A DNA stretch of 64,000 nt from Candidatus Sungiibacteriota bacterium (GCA_016432465.1 CP066690.1:186702-250701); one strand, 5' to 3'; positions 48,019 to 57,004 are shown, counted from the stretch's first letter. Program-made: numbers and translations. The notes: generated by a model from the letters alone, not told the origin.

Positions 48019-48450
48019 CTAATAACTGCAGTAACGCTTCTCGCCGAAGCGTTCCTGCGGATAACTCCGCAGGCACTTCAGGGTCATCAGGTTCCTCTGG
48101 AAGACTGCCAGCACCGCCGACACGGAGTCCACGTCTTCGAAGTTGAAAACGAGGTCCGTGTCATCAAGACAGGCACCAGTGATGCGACGCCCGGTCGTGC
48201 CTGCCTGCCGGGACATCTCGAGCGCCCGCTTGAGCGCCCGAATCCCGACCCTGTTTTCGGCGATCAGCTTGGAGAGGGGCTGATCGCCATTCGGGACGAC
48301 GTACCCGAAGGCATTCCGCCCTCTCTTCACGTCCCTGCAAAGCGAGTCGGCGGTCGCCGCCTCGCTCGGGTGGTGGGCGAAAACCGGGGTGGCGAGGGCC
48401 ATCACGGCGAGGAACACCACAGCGAGAACGACGATGAACTTCAACCTCAT
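48019..48450 (-). CDS. Secreted Cys-containing small protein encoded in a GC-rich islet
   Basis: Signal peptide MRLKFIVVLAVVFLAVMALATPVFAHHP; AGAGGAGG Shine-Dalgarno 7 nt upstream; local GC content visibly higher than the flanking sequence. Confidence 0.6.
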   Translation of the reverse strand: MRLKFIVVLAVVFLAVMALATPVFAHHPSEAATADSLCRDVKRGRNAFGYVVPNGDQPLSKLIAENRVGIRALKRALEMSRQAGTTGRRITGACLDDTDLVFNFEDVDSVSAVLAVFQRNLMTLKCLRSYPQERFGEKRYCSY

Positions 48451-48612
48451 GGGAACCTCCTCTCGTTTGATTGCCGCAGCGGTATGCTACGGCAACAAAG
48501 AAAAAACTAACCTCTTAACTCCCTCTTTGTTGCCGTAGAATATAGCCTATTTTAAGATACTTAGTAGCTAACTCAATAGTAACATAAATGTAGAAAAAAG
48601 TCAAATAAATTA

Positions 48613-48777
48613 GCCTACCCCGGGACTTGAACCCGAAACCCATTTACCCCGTTAGATGTGCCAATGAGCCGGTGGTCGGATTTGAACCGACGACCCACGC
48701 TTTACGAAAGCGTTGCTCTACCACTGAGCTACACCGGCACATCTAACGGGGTTGCTCTGCCATTGAGCTAGGTCGGC
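48613..48777 (-). other. Split tRNA-like sequence whose 5' half (acceptor and D-arm) and 3' half (T-arm and acceptor) are separated by an insertion bounded by a perfect 16-bp inverted repeat (CCCCGTTAGATGTGCC) that contains tRNA-Thr
   Basis: 5' half GCCGACCTAGCTCAATGGCAGAGCAACCCC; 3' half GGGGTAAATGGGTTTCGGGTTCAAGTCCCGGGGTAGGCT; inverted repeats at 48647-48662 and 48736-48751. Confidence 0.35.
48667..48738 (-). tRNA. tRNA-Thr (anticodon CGT)
   Basis: GCCGGTGTAGCTCAGTGGTAGAGCAACGCTTTCGTAAAGCGTGGGTCGTCGGTTCAAATCCGACCACCGGCT; anticodon stem ACGCT/AGCGT, loop TTCGTAA. Confidence 0.75.
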
Positions 48778-48840
48778 ATTTCTAACGTTCCTGCTAAACT
48801 GTCAAACATCGAACATGTCAAACATTGAATGTCTGACATA

Positions 48841-50172
48841 TCAATTGTGATTAAGGGCTCCTTCAGTATAAATATTAGCGGCGTTCCAAAGGAGCCACCC
48901 GTGCGGCTCTGCTTTTTCTGCGGCTTCAACTTGTTTACGAATTTTCTCAACGCCCCATGGCCTACCAGCGACCCTATCTTCTTCATGGAAAAAATCTTCA
49001 AGCCACGGACGGAGACGCGCCCGGGAACGGGGAGTAGAACTTGCGGCTAGAGTTATTGCGGAAGTGGCCGGAGAAAAACCGTTAAAGGTGCTCGTGCTGA
49101 TTTTTCCATCAAGAAAATCTCTGGCAAACTGCAGCGAACGATATACCACAACGTCGGGATTTTTGCGGGCCTGCGACACACTAAAATTAACGACCGGTAA
49201 ATTCTTGTCCGGGTCGGCCTGAAGATAAAGTCCGCTGTAGTAGTGTGAAGGGTAAACCATAAATGATACGTAGTCAAAATTGTCGCCGATGTCATCTAGC
49301 CGCTGACCAATGCCCACGTCTCCGGCCCGAATCGCGGCGTACCCAAAAAGATCTGCCGAAAGTATTATATCCGGTTTGTGGGCCTTAAGATTTTTATTTA
49401 AATACTCAAAAAAACTTTTCATAACCGAGTACTTGGGGGCTTTTCCGTCCCAAGCAGGATAAATAGCATTCTCTACATCGCCGTCCGAAGGAAACCTTAA
49501 ATAGTCAAACTGCAATTCATCAAAACCCAAATCAATTATTTTTTTAGAAAAGTCCGCAATATACTCGCGCGCGCCCTGATGAGCAGGATCCAACCAATAG
49601 CCCCCGCGTTTATCGCGCCAAAAAACCACATCCGGTTTTTTACCCTCCGGACTTTTAGCGCGGAGATATTTTTTTCTGCCGCACTCATCGCCAACCGCTT
49701 TAGGACTTTTTCTGGTCAGGTACCAGTCGGGGTGCGTTTCAATCTGCGAGGCATCTTTGAAAGCAACAATCCGCGCAATAACCCAAATCTTTTTTTGATG
49801 AAGCTCCGCAATCAATTTTTTTAAACTTTCGGCGTTATAGTCAGGCCCGCAGACTTCTTTAACGTCAATCACAAGACCGTTGATCTCTGTCTCGTCAGCA
49901 AGCTCAATAATTTTCTTGCGAAGCCGTGTACCCGCAACACCCTGATCATTGGCCACGTCTGCTGTCATATAAAGTCCCTTGACGGTTTGGGACTTTTTAA
50001 GGGCTTCGGCCAGTAATTCTGCGGAGGTTTTTTCTTTAGCGGGCTGCATACCGGACGTCAAAATCCCACCAGCCAAATTGCCTATAAATATTTTTGGTGC
50101 GGCCCAGTAAATAGTTAAGGCGGCGGCACCAACTATGATTCCCGTGCCAAGACCCATCAAAAACCTATTCAT
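48841..50172 (-). CDS. Membrane-anchored putative glycoside-hydrolase-like TIM-barrel protein (GHL10/DUF4015-like)
   Basis: N-terminal TM; GYWLDPAHQGAREYI and FDELQFDYLRFP motifs. Confidence 0.55.
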   Translation of the reverse strand: MNRFLMGLGTGIIVGAAALTIYWAAPKIFIGNLAGGILTSGMQPAKEKTSAELLAEALKKSQTVKGLYMTADVANDQGVAGTRLRKKIIELADETEINGLVIDVKEVCGPDYNAESLKKLIAELHQKKIWVIARIVAFKDASQIETHPDWYLTRKSPKAVGDECGRKKYLRAKSPEGKKPDVVFWRDKRGGYWLDPAHQGAREYIADFSKKIIDLGFDELQFDYLRFPSDGDVENAIYPAWDGKAPKYSVMKSFFEYLNKNLKAHKPDIILSADLFGYAAIRAGDVGIGQRLDDIGDNFDYVSFMVYPSHYYSGLYLQADPDKNLPVVNFSVSQARKNPDVVVYRSLQFARDFLDGKISTSTFNGFSPATSAITLAASSTPRSRARLRPWLEDFFHEEDRVAGRPWGVEKIRKQVEAAEKAEPHGWLLWNAANIYTEGALNHN

Positions 50173-50207
50173 GGCTTAAGTATACTTAAAGGAAACAAAT
50201 TTAAAAA

Positions 50208-50232
50208 CAGCCCCGACGTTACGTCGGGGCTG
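50208..50232 (-). terminator. Intrinsic terminator CAGCCCCGACGT t ACGTCGGGGCTG 22 nt after the pafA-like stop
   Basis: 12-bp stem followed by TTTTTAAATTTGTTTCC on the minus strand; shares its core with the 3970-3990 hairpin. Confidence 0.6.
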
Positions 50233-50253
50233 TTGATCATATCAAACGTCGGG

Positions 50254-51732
50254 TCAACCAAGATCGCCCTGCAGTCTTTTTAACCTCTTGATGTCTCTTG
50301 CTACGAGCTTATGGCTGCCCCGCAAAGAACTGGACACCGGTATGCTCCTACCTTTTACGCTAAATAAACCCCAATCATAGTAACCAGAGAGTCCGCTTCT
50401 GACCAAGGCCGTAATGTGACGTTTACGAAGCTCGGCTCTCGGAGCAGCCCTGTGCTCCCATAACACTTCACGCATCTCCTCATCCGAGAAAGGATCACGG
50501 CCGCCCAGACGCGCCTGCCACATATTATAAATACCGACCGGACTTATATCATGGTAGGCAAAATCAAACATACGCGCCCGGAAATCTGAATAATCAGACC
50601 TTTCCTTGCGACAATAATTATCCAGTAGCAGACGCTTTAAAGACCAGTCAGTATCATTAGCATACGCCTCCGGGTCGGTTCCTGTCCTAATAAGGTTGTG
50701 GGCATGTCTAAGAGTTCCCCTGATCTTATCGGACGTGTCTGTCGTTTCTCCTTCATAAAATTTGCGTAAAATCTCCAGCCACTCCAAAAGAACTTCCCGC
50801 ATACACCACTGGCCGCGTCCTTTAACAACTGTTTTTGCTCCAAGTGACGGGTCTAAAGAAAACGTCCGCAGGGCGTCATAAGGATCCTCTAAAAGCGGCA
50901 GGCTTGATCCTACGGGTCCTTTTTCAAAAAGAGAAAGAAAGACGTGCATAAGTGTCACCCGTAAACGAAGCGCTTGAGGCAACATGTTAGGGTCCCCAAG
51001 AGAAAGATGCAAACGCGTCCTGCCTTGAGGACAGTCTTCCCTTTCATTTTTAAAGTCAATAGATGGATGTCCACTCATCTCACCGTGCCAATAAACAAAT
51101 GGCTGGCGCATAAGTGCACGGGGAGAGATAACGTACTGCCACCCCAATCCGTCAAGATTCACTAAACCCCCTCCTCCAGCTAACAGCTGTCTTGAAACCA
51201 GAAGAGAAATCAAGGCTTCAAAAAATAATGGATGTTTCTGGTGGATCGTCAAATCATATCTGGTTTCGTAATTCTCATGCGAGCCGCGGAAATGGATTTT
51301 TTTGGACTTACCCCTGACAGCGTCAGAGTTATTCTTTGCAATAACCAGTGTTTTAAATTGCGGATTTTGTGAACGGAGGACTGGTTCTATGGCCTCACGC
51401 AGCAGATTAATAACCCGCTCGCCGCCCTTATCTGCCCGTACAAGCTGCTCCACGCTGCAGCACTCCGGCGTAGCGTACTCAACGTTGCCGGCATCAAGAT
51501 AAAGCGCGCCGCCGGTTGAACCTAACCAAAAGTCTTTTCCGGCGTCCCCCATCAAAAAAAGTTTCTTGACTGCGGGTGGACAGCCATCGTCTGCAAGAGA
51601 GATAATCTGATGTACTGGTTTAAAAAAATACATGTCCACCTTTACCATACTTGAAAACCTGTTCTTGTTGTTTTTTGTACGTACTGCGGTCAGGCTATAC
51701 TCGGTCTCAATACCCATGGGGCGACGTTTCAT
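50254..51732 (-). CDS. PafA/Dop-family carboxylate-amine ligase (Pup--protein ligase / depupylase homologue)
   Basis: MKRRPMGIETEYS, GGALYLDAGNVEYATPEC, KNNSDAVRGKS...GSHENY and DFAYHDI match PafA MQRRIMGIETEF, ARLYLDVGSHPEYATAEC, KNNTDSAG..GCHENY, DLAYHDI. Confidence 0.8.
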   Translation of the reverse strand: MKRRPMGIETEYSLTAVRTKNNKNRFSSMVKVDMYFFKPVHQIISLADDGCPPAVKKLFLMGDAGKDFWLGSTGGALYLDAGNVEYATPECCSVEQLVRADKGGERVINLLREAIEPVLRSQNPQFKTLVIAKNNSDAVRGKSKKIHFRGSHENYETRYDLTIHQKHPLFFEALISLLVSRQLLAGGGGLVNLDGLGWQYVISPRALMRQPFVYWHGEMSGHPSIDFKNEREDCPQGRTRLHLSLGDPNMLPQALRLRVTLMHVFLSLFEKGPVGSSLPLLEDPYDALRTFSLDPSLGAKTVVKGRGQWCMREVLLEWLEILRKFYEGETTDTSDKIRGTLRHAHNLIRTGTDPEAYANDTDWSLKRLLLDNYCRKERSDYSDFRARMFDFAYHDISPVGIYNMWQARLGGRDPFSDEEMREVLWEHRAAPRAELRKRHITALVRSGLSGYYDWGLFSVKGRSIPVSSSLRGSHKLVARDIKRLKRLQGDLG

Positions 51733-51862
51733 CCATAACCCTAACTTAAAGATCTACGACAACTATAACAGGTCTATGCAGAAAATTAACGTTGACTTGG
51801 GAGAGAAAACGGGTTATGCTGATTTCAAACCAGCTCTTTAAATTTAGACGGACGGAGGTCGT

Positions 51863-54049
51863 GTGGCTCGGTGGCTAAAAAAAATATTTCTGGGGATAGG
51901 CGGTATAACTATTCTGTTTTTTCTGGGCTTAGGTGTGATCACACTGCTTCTTTATCTAAAGGGGTTTTTTGAATCGCCTAACCTCTCACGCCTTCAAGAT
52001 ACGCGTGGCGCCAGCATTGTTTATGACTCGGAGGGCAACGCTCTAAAAGAATTTTGCTTGTATTGTCGCGAAGTAATACCGCTGGAGGATATGGGGCTTT
52101 TTCCAAAACTTGCGGTGGCGGTTGAGGACCGACATTTTTGGAGTTTCTGGAGAGAAATTTCGCCCTTTGATTTTTTGGCGGTCCTGCGCGCGTTTTGGCA
52201 TAACCTGAAAGAGGGCGGCATAACCCAAGGCGGATCTACTATTACCCAACAACTGGCACGCATTCTTTTTGCAGAAGAGGAGCTGGAACGTGAATGGGAG
52301 AGCGGAAAGTTATCCGACAAACTTTGGCGCAAGGCCCGCGAAGCGTATCTTGCCACCATTCTGCAGTGGCGCATAGACAGGAAAAAAATTCTTGAGACCT
52401 ACCTGAACACCGTATATTGCGGCAACAGCAGATACGGCGTAAAGTCATGCAGCCGGTTTTATTTTGATAAAGACCCCAAAGATTTACAACTCATTGAGGC
52501 CTTAACCGTTGCCGGTCTTTGGAGGAATCCCAACGCGTCGCCATTCCACGATGAAGAAAAAGCACTTAAACTTAGAAACCGCGCGCTGCAGCAAATCGCT
52601 AACCAAGACCTCATCAGCGAAGAAGAAAAACTAAGACTGGAGCGGGAGAAACTTCCTACTAAAAAAACCAAAGATCCGTGCTGGAGCGCTCCGCACTTCA
52701 CGGAATTTATCAGACGCCAGATTATAGAAGAACAAAAATTTGTTGATCAGGGAATAAGGGTTTACTCTACTCTGGAAAACGGATGGCAAAAAGCGGCTTG
52801 CGAGGCGTTGGAAGCGTCGCTGGAGGCCATGAAGCAAAGAAACCCGGAATTAAAAAACGATCTCTGGGGATCCGCCTTTCTTATAGATGTGAGAACGGGG
52901 GCAATTGAAGTCTGGGCACAATATCCTACGTTCAAAGAAAATGAATTTCTACTGAACCAAAGTGCACGGCAAACCGGTTCTGCTTTCAAGCCCTTTTTTT
53001 ATGCCGCCTGGATTGCGCTGCGAGGAGGAAGACTTAGCCATCAAGATGAGGGGGAAGGACCGGCAGAGTTGGATGACTCCTATATGTCTCACGACGGAAA
53101 ATCAGCTATTTATATACCAATGGGCAGGAAAAAACCTCCGCATTTTCTGCAAAACTTCCCCTATGAGGGTCTTCCGCGTTATATAGGCATTACCGAACCA
53201 ATAAACTGTATTGCCCAATCCCGAAACGTATGCACCTTGAGCGGCATACGGGGTGTCCGGGGCTCAAGAGTTTTGTTTCGGCATCGCATCACCAAGGAAG
53301 AGTTAATAGAATTTTCTTTGGGGTTGGGAATAAATTTCCCGGTGATATCACCAGAGACAGCTATTCAGCAAGGGATAGCAACCGTTGATCCGGAACTGAC
53401 CAAACATCTTGGAATCTCCCCCTACACCATTGACCCGGGTCTTACTCTGCCCATTGGGTCAGTAGAGGTATCGCTTTGGGATATGGTTAAGGCCATGGCG
53501 GCTCTTGGTGGAAACATGGTTGAACCCTATGCAGTTGGAAGCGCTTACGACGCCTCCGGCAAACTTATTTTTGAGAAAGAACTGGAAGCGCCGTATCAAC
53601 CACTGGACGATGAGACAACTTATGCCATAATACGGGGCTTACGTTCCACTGTTGAACTTCCTCACGGGACCGGAAAAAAGGCCAAGGAAGAACTTAATTT
53701 TCAGATAATGGGAAAAACAGGAACGGCTAACCGCGTAAATCCCGAAACCGGTGAGGTGGAAACAACAGATAACTGGTTTATCGGCTGCACTCCTCAAAAG
53801 TGTATGGGGATCTGGATCGGCCGTGAAAAAAAGTTGCCCCTGAAAACTACTTTTCAGAACGGCCAGAAAATTCAGGAGACTGGCGGACGCAATGCTCTAC
53901 CCATATTCATCAAAACGATGGGGACTGTGTACGAGACAGAACCTATAGAGAATTTCCCGGAAGCAACCGATCCGCTTAAACCGTTTCGTCCTTCGGAATA
54001 TAAATACACTTATGAAAATGGGGCTATGCCCGAAAACAATGATTATTAA
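51863..54049 (+). CDS. Class A penicillin-binding protein (glycosyltransferase + transpeptidase)
   Basis: GT51 motifs EDRHFW and QGGSTITQQ; transpeptidase SAFKPF (SxxK) and KTGTA. Confidence 0.9.
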   Translation: MARWLKKIFLGIGGITILFFLGLGVITLLLYLKGFFESPNLSRLQDTRGASIVYDSEGNALKEFCLYCREVIPLEDMGLFPKLAVAVEDRHFWSFWREISPFDFLAVLRAFWHNLKEGGITQGGSTITQQLARILFAEEELEREWESGKLSDKLWRKAREAYLATILQWRIDRKKILETYLNTVYCGNSRYGVKSCSRFYFDKDPKDLQLIEALTVAGLWRNPNASPFHDEEKALKLRNRALQQIANQDLISEEEKLRLEREKLPTKKTKDPCWSAPHFTEFIRRQIIEEQKFVDQGIRVYSTLENGWQKAACEALEASLEAMKQRNPELKNDLWGSAFLIDVRTGAIEVWAQYPTFKENEFLLNQSARQTGSAFKPFFYAAWIALRGGRLSHQDEGEGPAELDDSYMSHDGKSAIYIPMGRKKPPHFLQNFPYEGLPRYIGITEPINCIAQSRNVCTLSGIRGVRGSRVLFRHRITKEELIEFSLGLGINFPVISPETAIQQGIATVDPELTKHLGISPYTIDPGLTLPIGSVEVSLWDMVKAMAALGGNMVEPYAVGSAYDASGKLIFEKELEAPYQPLDDETTYAIIRGLRSTVELPHGTGKKAKEELNFQIMGKTGTANRVNPETGEVETTDNWFIGCTPQKCMGIWIGREKKLPLKTTFQNGQKIQETGGRNALPIFIKTMGTVYETEPIENFPEATDPLKPFRPSEYKYTYENGAMPENNDY

Positions 54050-54106
54050 AAGGTCTGGGTTGCCAGACCTTTTTATACTGATATAGTATATGGAAAGCTT
54101 GAGAAC

Positions 54107-55378
54107 TTGGGGTGGCCAAAGATGTTCGGAGCACTATGGGTAAAACTTCTTCTGTCGCTCGTTTTTGTTTTGTCCGTGGCCACCGATTTACAGGCCTCAA
54201 CTTATTCGGTCCTTGAAAAAGTTAAAGAAGCCAAGAACGTGCTCGCTCCCTATCAACCGAGATTTAAACTTTTATATACCAACGCCCCAAAAACAAAAAA
54301 GAAACGTACCCAAAAGAAAATTCCTTATGCGCTGGAAAGAGAAGTTGCCCTGATTGGTCTTAATATGAAAGACGGAACTCTGCGTAGATTTGATTTTAGC
54401 GAAACCGTAACGCTTGACCCCAAAAAACGACCAAAAGTGACACCGCCGCAAGTCATTGCCAGCAACGACGAGTGCGCAGTTATCTGGCGCGGGGGTTCAC
54501 GGTGGGGATACAAAAGAAATCTACTGCTTGACTGCCAAGGCCAATATTTTGTGGTTCTCCGTATAATGATGCCTTCTTACCGCTCCGAGCCAACAATAAT
54601 AACTGGTCAAAAAAGCGGAAAAAGGAAATGCGTTTCTGGCCCAAAGCAAATTATAACTGGCGCCTACAGTCCTTATGCGCCAGAACTTTATCAAAAAGAT
54701 CTGGTTCGTGAAGGACGGCTATACCTTGAATCAGTTATTCTGAAAGCCCTGCAACAGCTTTCTGCGGCATACGTTCGTTCCAAAACACCGCAGGAAGAAT
54801 ACTTGAGTGAAACCGCATCGTTAGAACTTCTGCAAGCCCTGTTAATCAACGAGCATATGGACAGTGAAGAATTTTTAGCGGCCCTAAGCGTGAAGCCGCT
54901 GGTAGAAAGTTATTGGGTGGAAATCGCACTTAATAAAGAAGGAACGCATGGCTTAAGCGTCTCGCCTGCTGACGCTGTAGGCATTGCACAGTTTATTTGC
55001 CCAAGCTATGCGGAAGACCTTACCGCTTTCCCCGAAGCAAAACTTGATGCCGCATTTCTTCGGGGGATGCGCGATCACGTAAACGCAATAAAGGCCATGG
55101 TGGTGCATATGGACTTGGACGCGGCACTGCGCTGGAGCCTCAAAACAAGATCTTTTTGCGGCATGCTGGCGGAACGCATGGAAGAATGCAAGGCGGTTTC
55201 TTATTTTGCCGGCCCCAAAAAACTTCATGCAGTGGTGGATGCGCGGAGCCAACTCTGGGATACGCGTGGAGTAATAACAAAGGGTAAACGTAAATTTTTC
55301 CCCCCGCAACTTGGGGAACAAGCCCTTATTTATCTTCAAAAATTCCGCAAAATCAGAGAATATCTTTTAGAGACTTAA
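54107..55378 (+). CDS. Secreted hypothetical protein; the C-terminal region weakly resembles a lytic transglycosylase (SLT) fold
   Basis: Signal peptide; GIAQFICPSYAE resembles the GLMQ..P.TA SLT motif (weak). Confidence 0.45.
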   Translation: MGWPKMFGALWVKLLLSLVFVLSVATDLQASTYSVLEKVKEAKNVLAPYQPRFKLLYTNAPKTKKKRTQKKIPYALEREVALIGLNMKDGTLRRFDFSETVTLDPKKRPKVTPPQVIASNDECAVIWRGGSRWGYKRNLLLDCQGQYFVVLRIMMPSYRSEPTIITGQKSGKRKCVSGPKQIITGAYSPYAPELYQKDLVREGRLYLESVILKALQQLSAAYVRSKTPQEEYLSETASLELLQALLINEHMDSEEFLAALSVKPLVESYWVEIALNKEGTHGLSVSPADAVGIAQFICPSYAEDLTAFPEAKLDAAFLRGMRDHVNAIKAMVVHMDLDAALRWSLKTRSFCGMLAERMEECKAVSYFAGPKKLHAVVDARSQLWDTRGVITKGKRKFFPPQLGEQALIYLQKFRKIREYLLET

Positions 55379-55390
55379 CACAAAAAGCCC

Positions 55391-56389
55391 TTAACGACGG
55401 GGCTTTTTCTTTTTGATTTTCTTCTTGGAAATTTTTGGAACCTGTTTCTTGTTAGAATTTTTATCTAAAGACACCAACTCTATTGTCCACGCTTCAGCGT
55501 TGTACCACGGAAATACCATAATATGGAAGGCGTTATTTAACATCTCTTCCGTGGCTTCAATCACTCCCAGTTCTTCTTCAAGCGCAACCAGAACGCGCCG
55601 CAGCCATCTGACTTCCCCCTCGCTCATGGGAAGTTTGGAGATGTCGAAAGCAGCGCCGGTGGTATGAACCGAGCGCCGTTCCGGCGTTTTACCGTCAGCA
55701 TCTGATATTTTACGCCGCAGGAGGCGTACCTGATCCTTCTCAGTTCTGACGATAGACGTTATTTTCAGCGACTTGCCGGAAGATTCAGCAAAAAAGCGTC
55801 CTGCTAAATCGTCCATAAAAGCCTTGGTAAAAGGCAGCGCAAACGGCCGCAGCGTCTTTCCTTCAAGGTAAAAACCGCGGTCCCACAACGGTATGCGTAT
55901 AAAGACGCCTTTTTGCACAAGAGCAGCAAGCATTTTAAGATCTTTAACCCGCGGCAGTTCATAAAAATCAGCAACCTCGTTCTGCCAAGCCAGCGATTTG
56001 TCTGATCCGCAAAGTATCTGCGGCTGCCCTCTGCATTCTTCTTTAGCATGTAGTACTCCTAAAAACAGGCTGAATAGCGCTAAAACGGCAAGGGCGACAA
56101 TGCTTATAAACGGCGCGGCGCCGTCCCTTTTCCCCAACTGCAGGAAAAATTTTTTTATGCGCGGCCACAGAGTGGACTGCTCGTTGTCTTTTTGTTTGGT
56201 GCCCGTTTTTAACCTTATCATTCTCCCCACCTCGTTGTCTCCCCGGCAGTGTTTGCAATAAGCGCGGCTCGCATACGGGTAGTGACATACGCAATAACAC
56301 CCCCATTCGGTCTTACTGCGTTTTTTGGTTAAATATCTCAGGGCGGCATAAGCAATCAGGGATGAAACCAGCAACGCCAGCCATCTCAA
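55391..56389 (-). CDS. Membrane protein with a peptidase M15 (VanY / D,D- or L,D-carboxypeptidase-like) domain; start set at the TTG after AAAGGAGG (the ORF track extends to 56458 through the upstream hairpin)
   Basis: SIVRTEKDQVRLL...SVHTTGAAFDIS fits the S.R....Q..L...S.H..G.A.D M15 pattern; N-terminal TM. Confidence 0.5.
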   Translation of the reverse strand: MRWLALLVSSLIAYAALRYLTKKRSKTEWGCYCVCHYPYASRAYCKHCRGDNEVGRMIRLKTGTKQKDNEQSTLWPRIKKFFLQLGKRDGAAPFISIVALAVLALFSLFLGVLHAKEECRGQPQILCGSDKSLAWQNEVADFYELPRVKDLKMLAALVQKGVFIRIPLWDRGFYLEGKTLRPFALPFTKAFMDDLAGRFFAESSGKSLKITSIVRTEKDQVRLLRRKISDADGKTPERRSVHTTGAAFDISKLPMSEGEVRWLRRVLVALEEELGVIEATEEMLNNAFHIMVFPWYNAEAWTIELVSLDKNSNKKQVPKISKKKIKKKKPRR

Positions 56390-56427
56390 TATACCCACCC
56401 TCCTTTCTTCGCCGCATGGAACTGAAA

Positions 56428-56450
56428 TAAAAAATAGCACACTAGTGCTA
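56428..56450 (-). terminator. Hairpin AAAATAGCACA cta GTGCTATTTT (terminator/operator-like); a near-identical copy lies at 57739-57761
   Basis: Palindrome followed by TTTATTTCAGTT on the minus strand. Confidence 0.4.
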
Positions 56451-56464
56451 TTTTGCAATATGGT

Positions 56465-56701
56465 TTATGTTTCGTCTCGGGGGTAATAATCTTTCAGCTT
56501 TAACTTGTACTGATCACATTTTCTTTGCCATGCGCCAGCCAGTTTTCCAAGAGCCGAAACATTTATCAGCAGCACCTTGCCTAGTTTAGGAACGTGAACC
56601 TTAACGTAACTTGGGCAAACGTTGATAATAACTATGTCTTCCTCCGTAAGATTTTCGTAGGGGAGTTCGTCAAAATCGGGCTGTTTCGGCCTTTCCGGCA
56701 T
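56465..56701 (-). CDS. Small hypothetical protein (78 aa from the internal Met MPERPKQ)
   Basis: GGAGAAGGA Shine-Dalgarno 4 nt upstream of that Met. Confidence 0.4.
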   Translation of the reverse strand: MPERPKQPDFDELPYENLTEEDIVIINVCPSYVKVHVPKLGKVLLINVSALGKLAGAWQRKCDQYKLKLKDYYPRDET

Positions 56702-56866
56702 ATTCCTTCTCCTCTCGTGAGCTAAAATAGACGTAGCACACCCGTGCGACTTTTGCAAATTTCGGTTTTCTTTCTTCTGACAAGCGGGCCGCCCGCCCAT
56801 CTTTGATGGGCGGGGCGAGCCTCGCTCAACTTGCAAAGTAAATTGAGCGGGCCGAGTTTTGGATAA

Positions 56867-56968
56867 ATCCCGTTAGAGATGCGGAACGTAATGTTCTTTG
56901 TGACATCAATAAGAATGGCGGAGTGCTTGTATCAACCGTTTCAGTACTGCATAAATCTCTAACGGGAT
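56867..56968. mobile_element. MITE-like element copy (102 bp), terminal repeats ATCCCGTTAGAGAT / ATCTCTAACGGGAT
   Basis: Terminal repeats read directly; internal sequence is the reverse complement of unit 2 of the 58365-58554 copy. Confidence 0.6.
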
Positions 56969-57004
56969 AAATAAATACCGCTGGCAGAGCCAGGCGGCAC
57001 AAAT

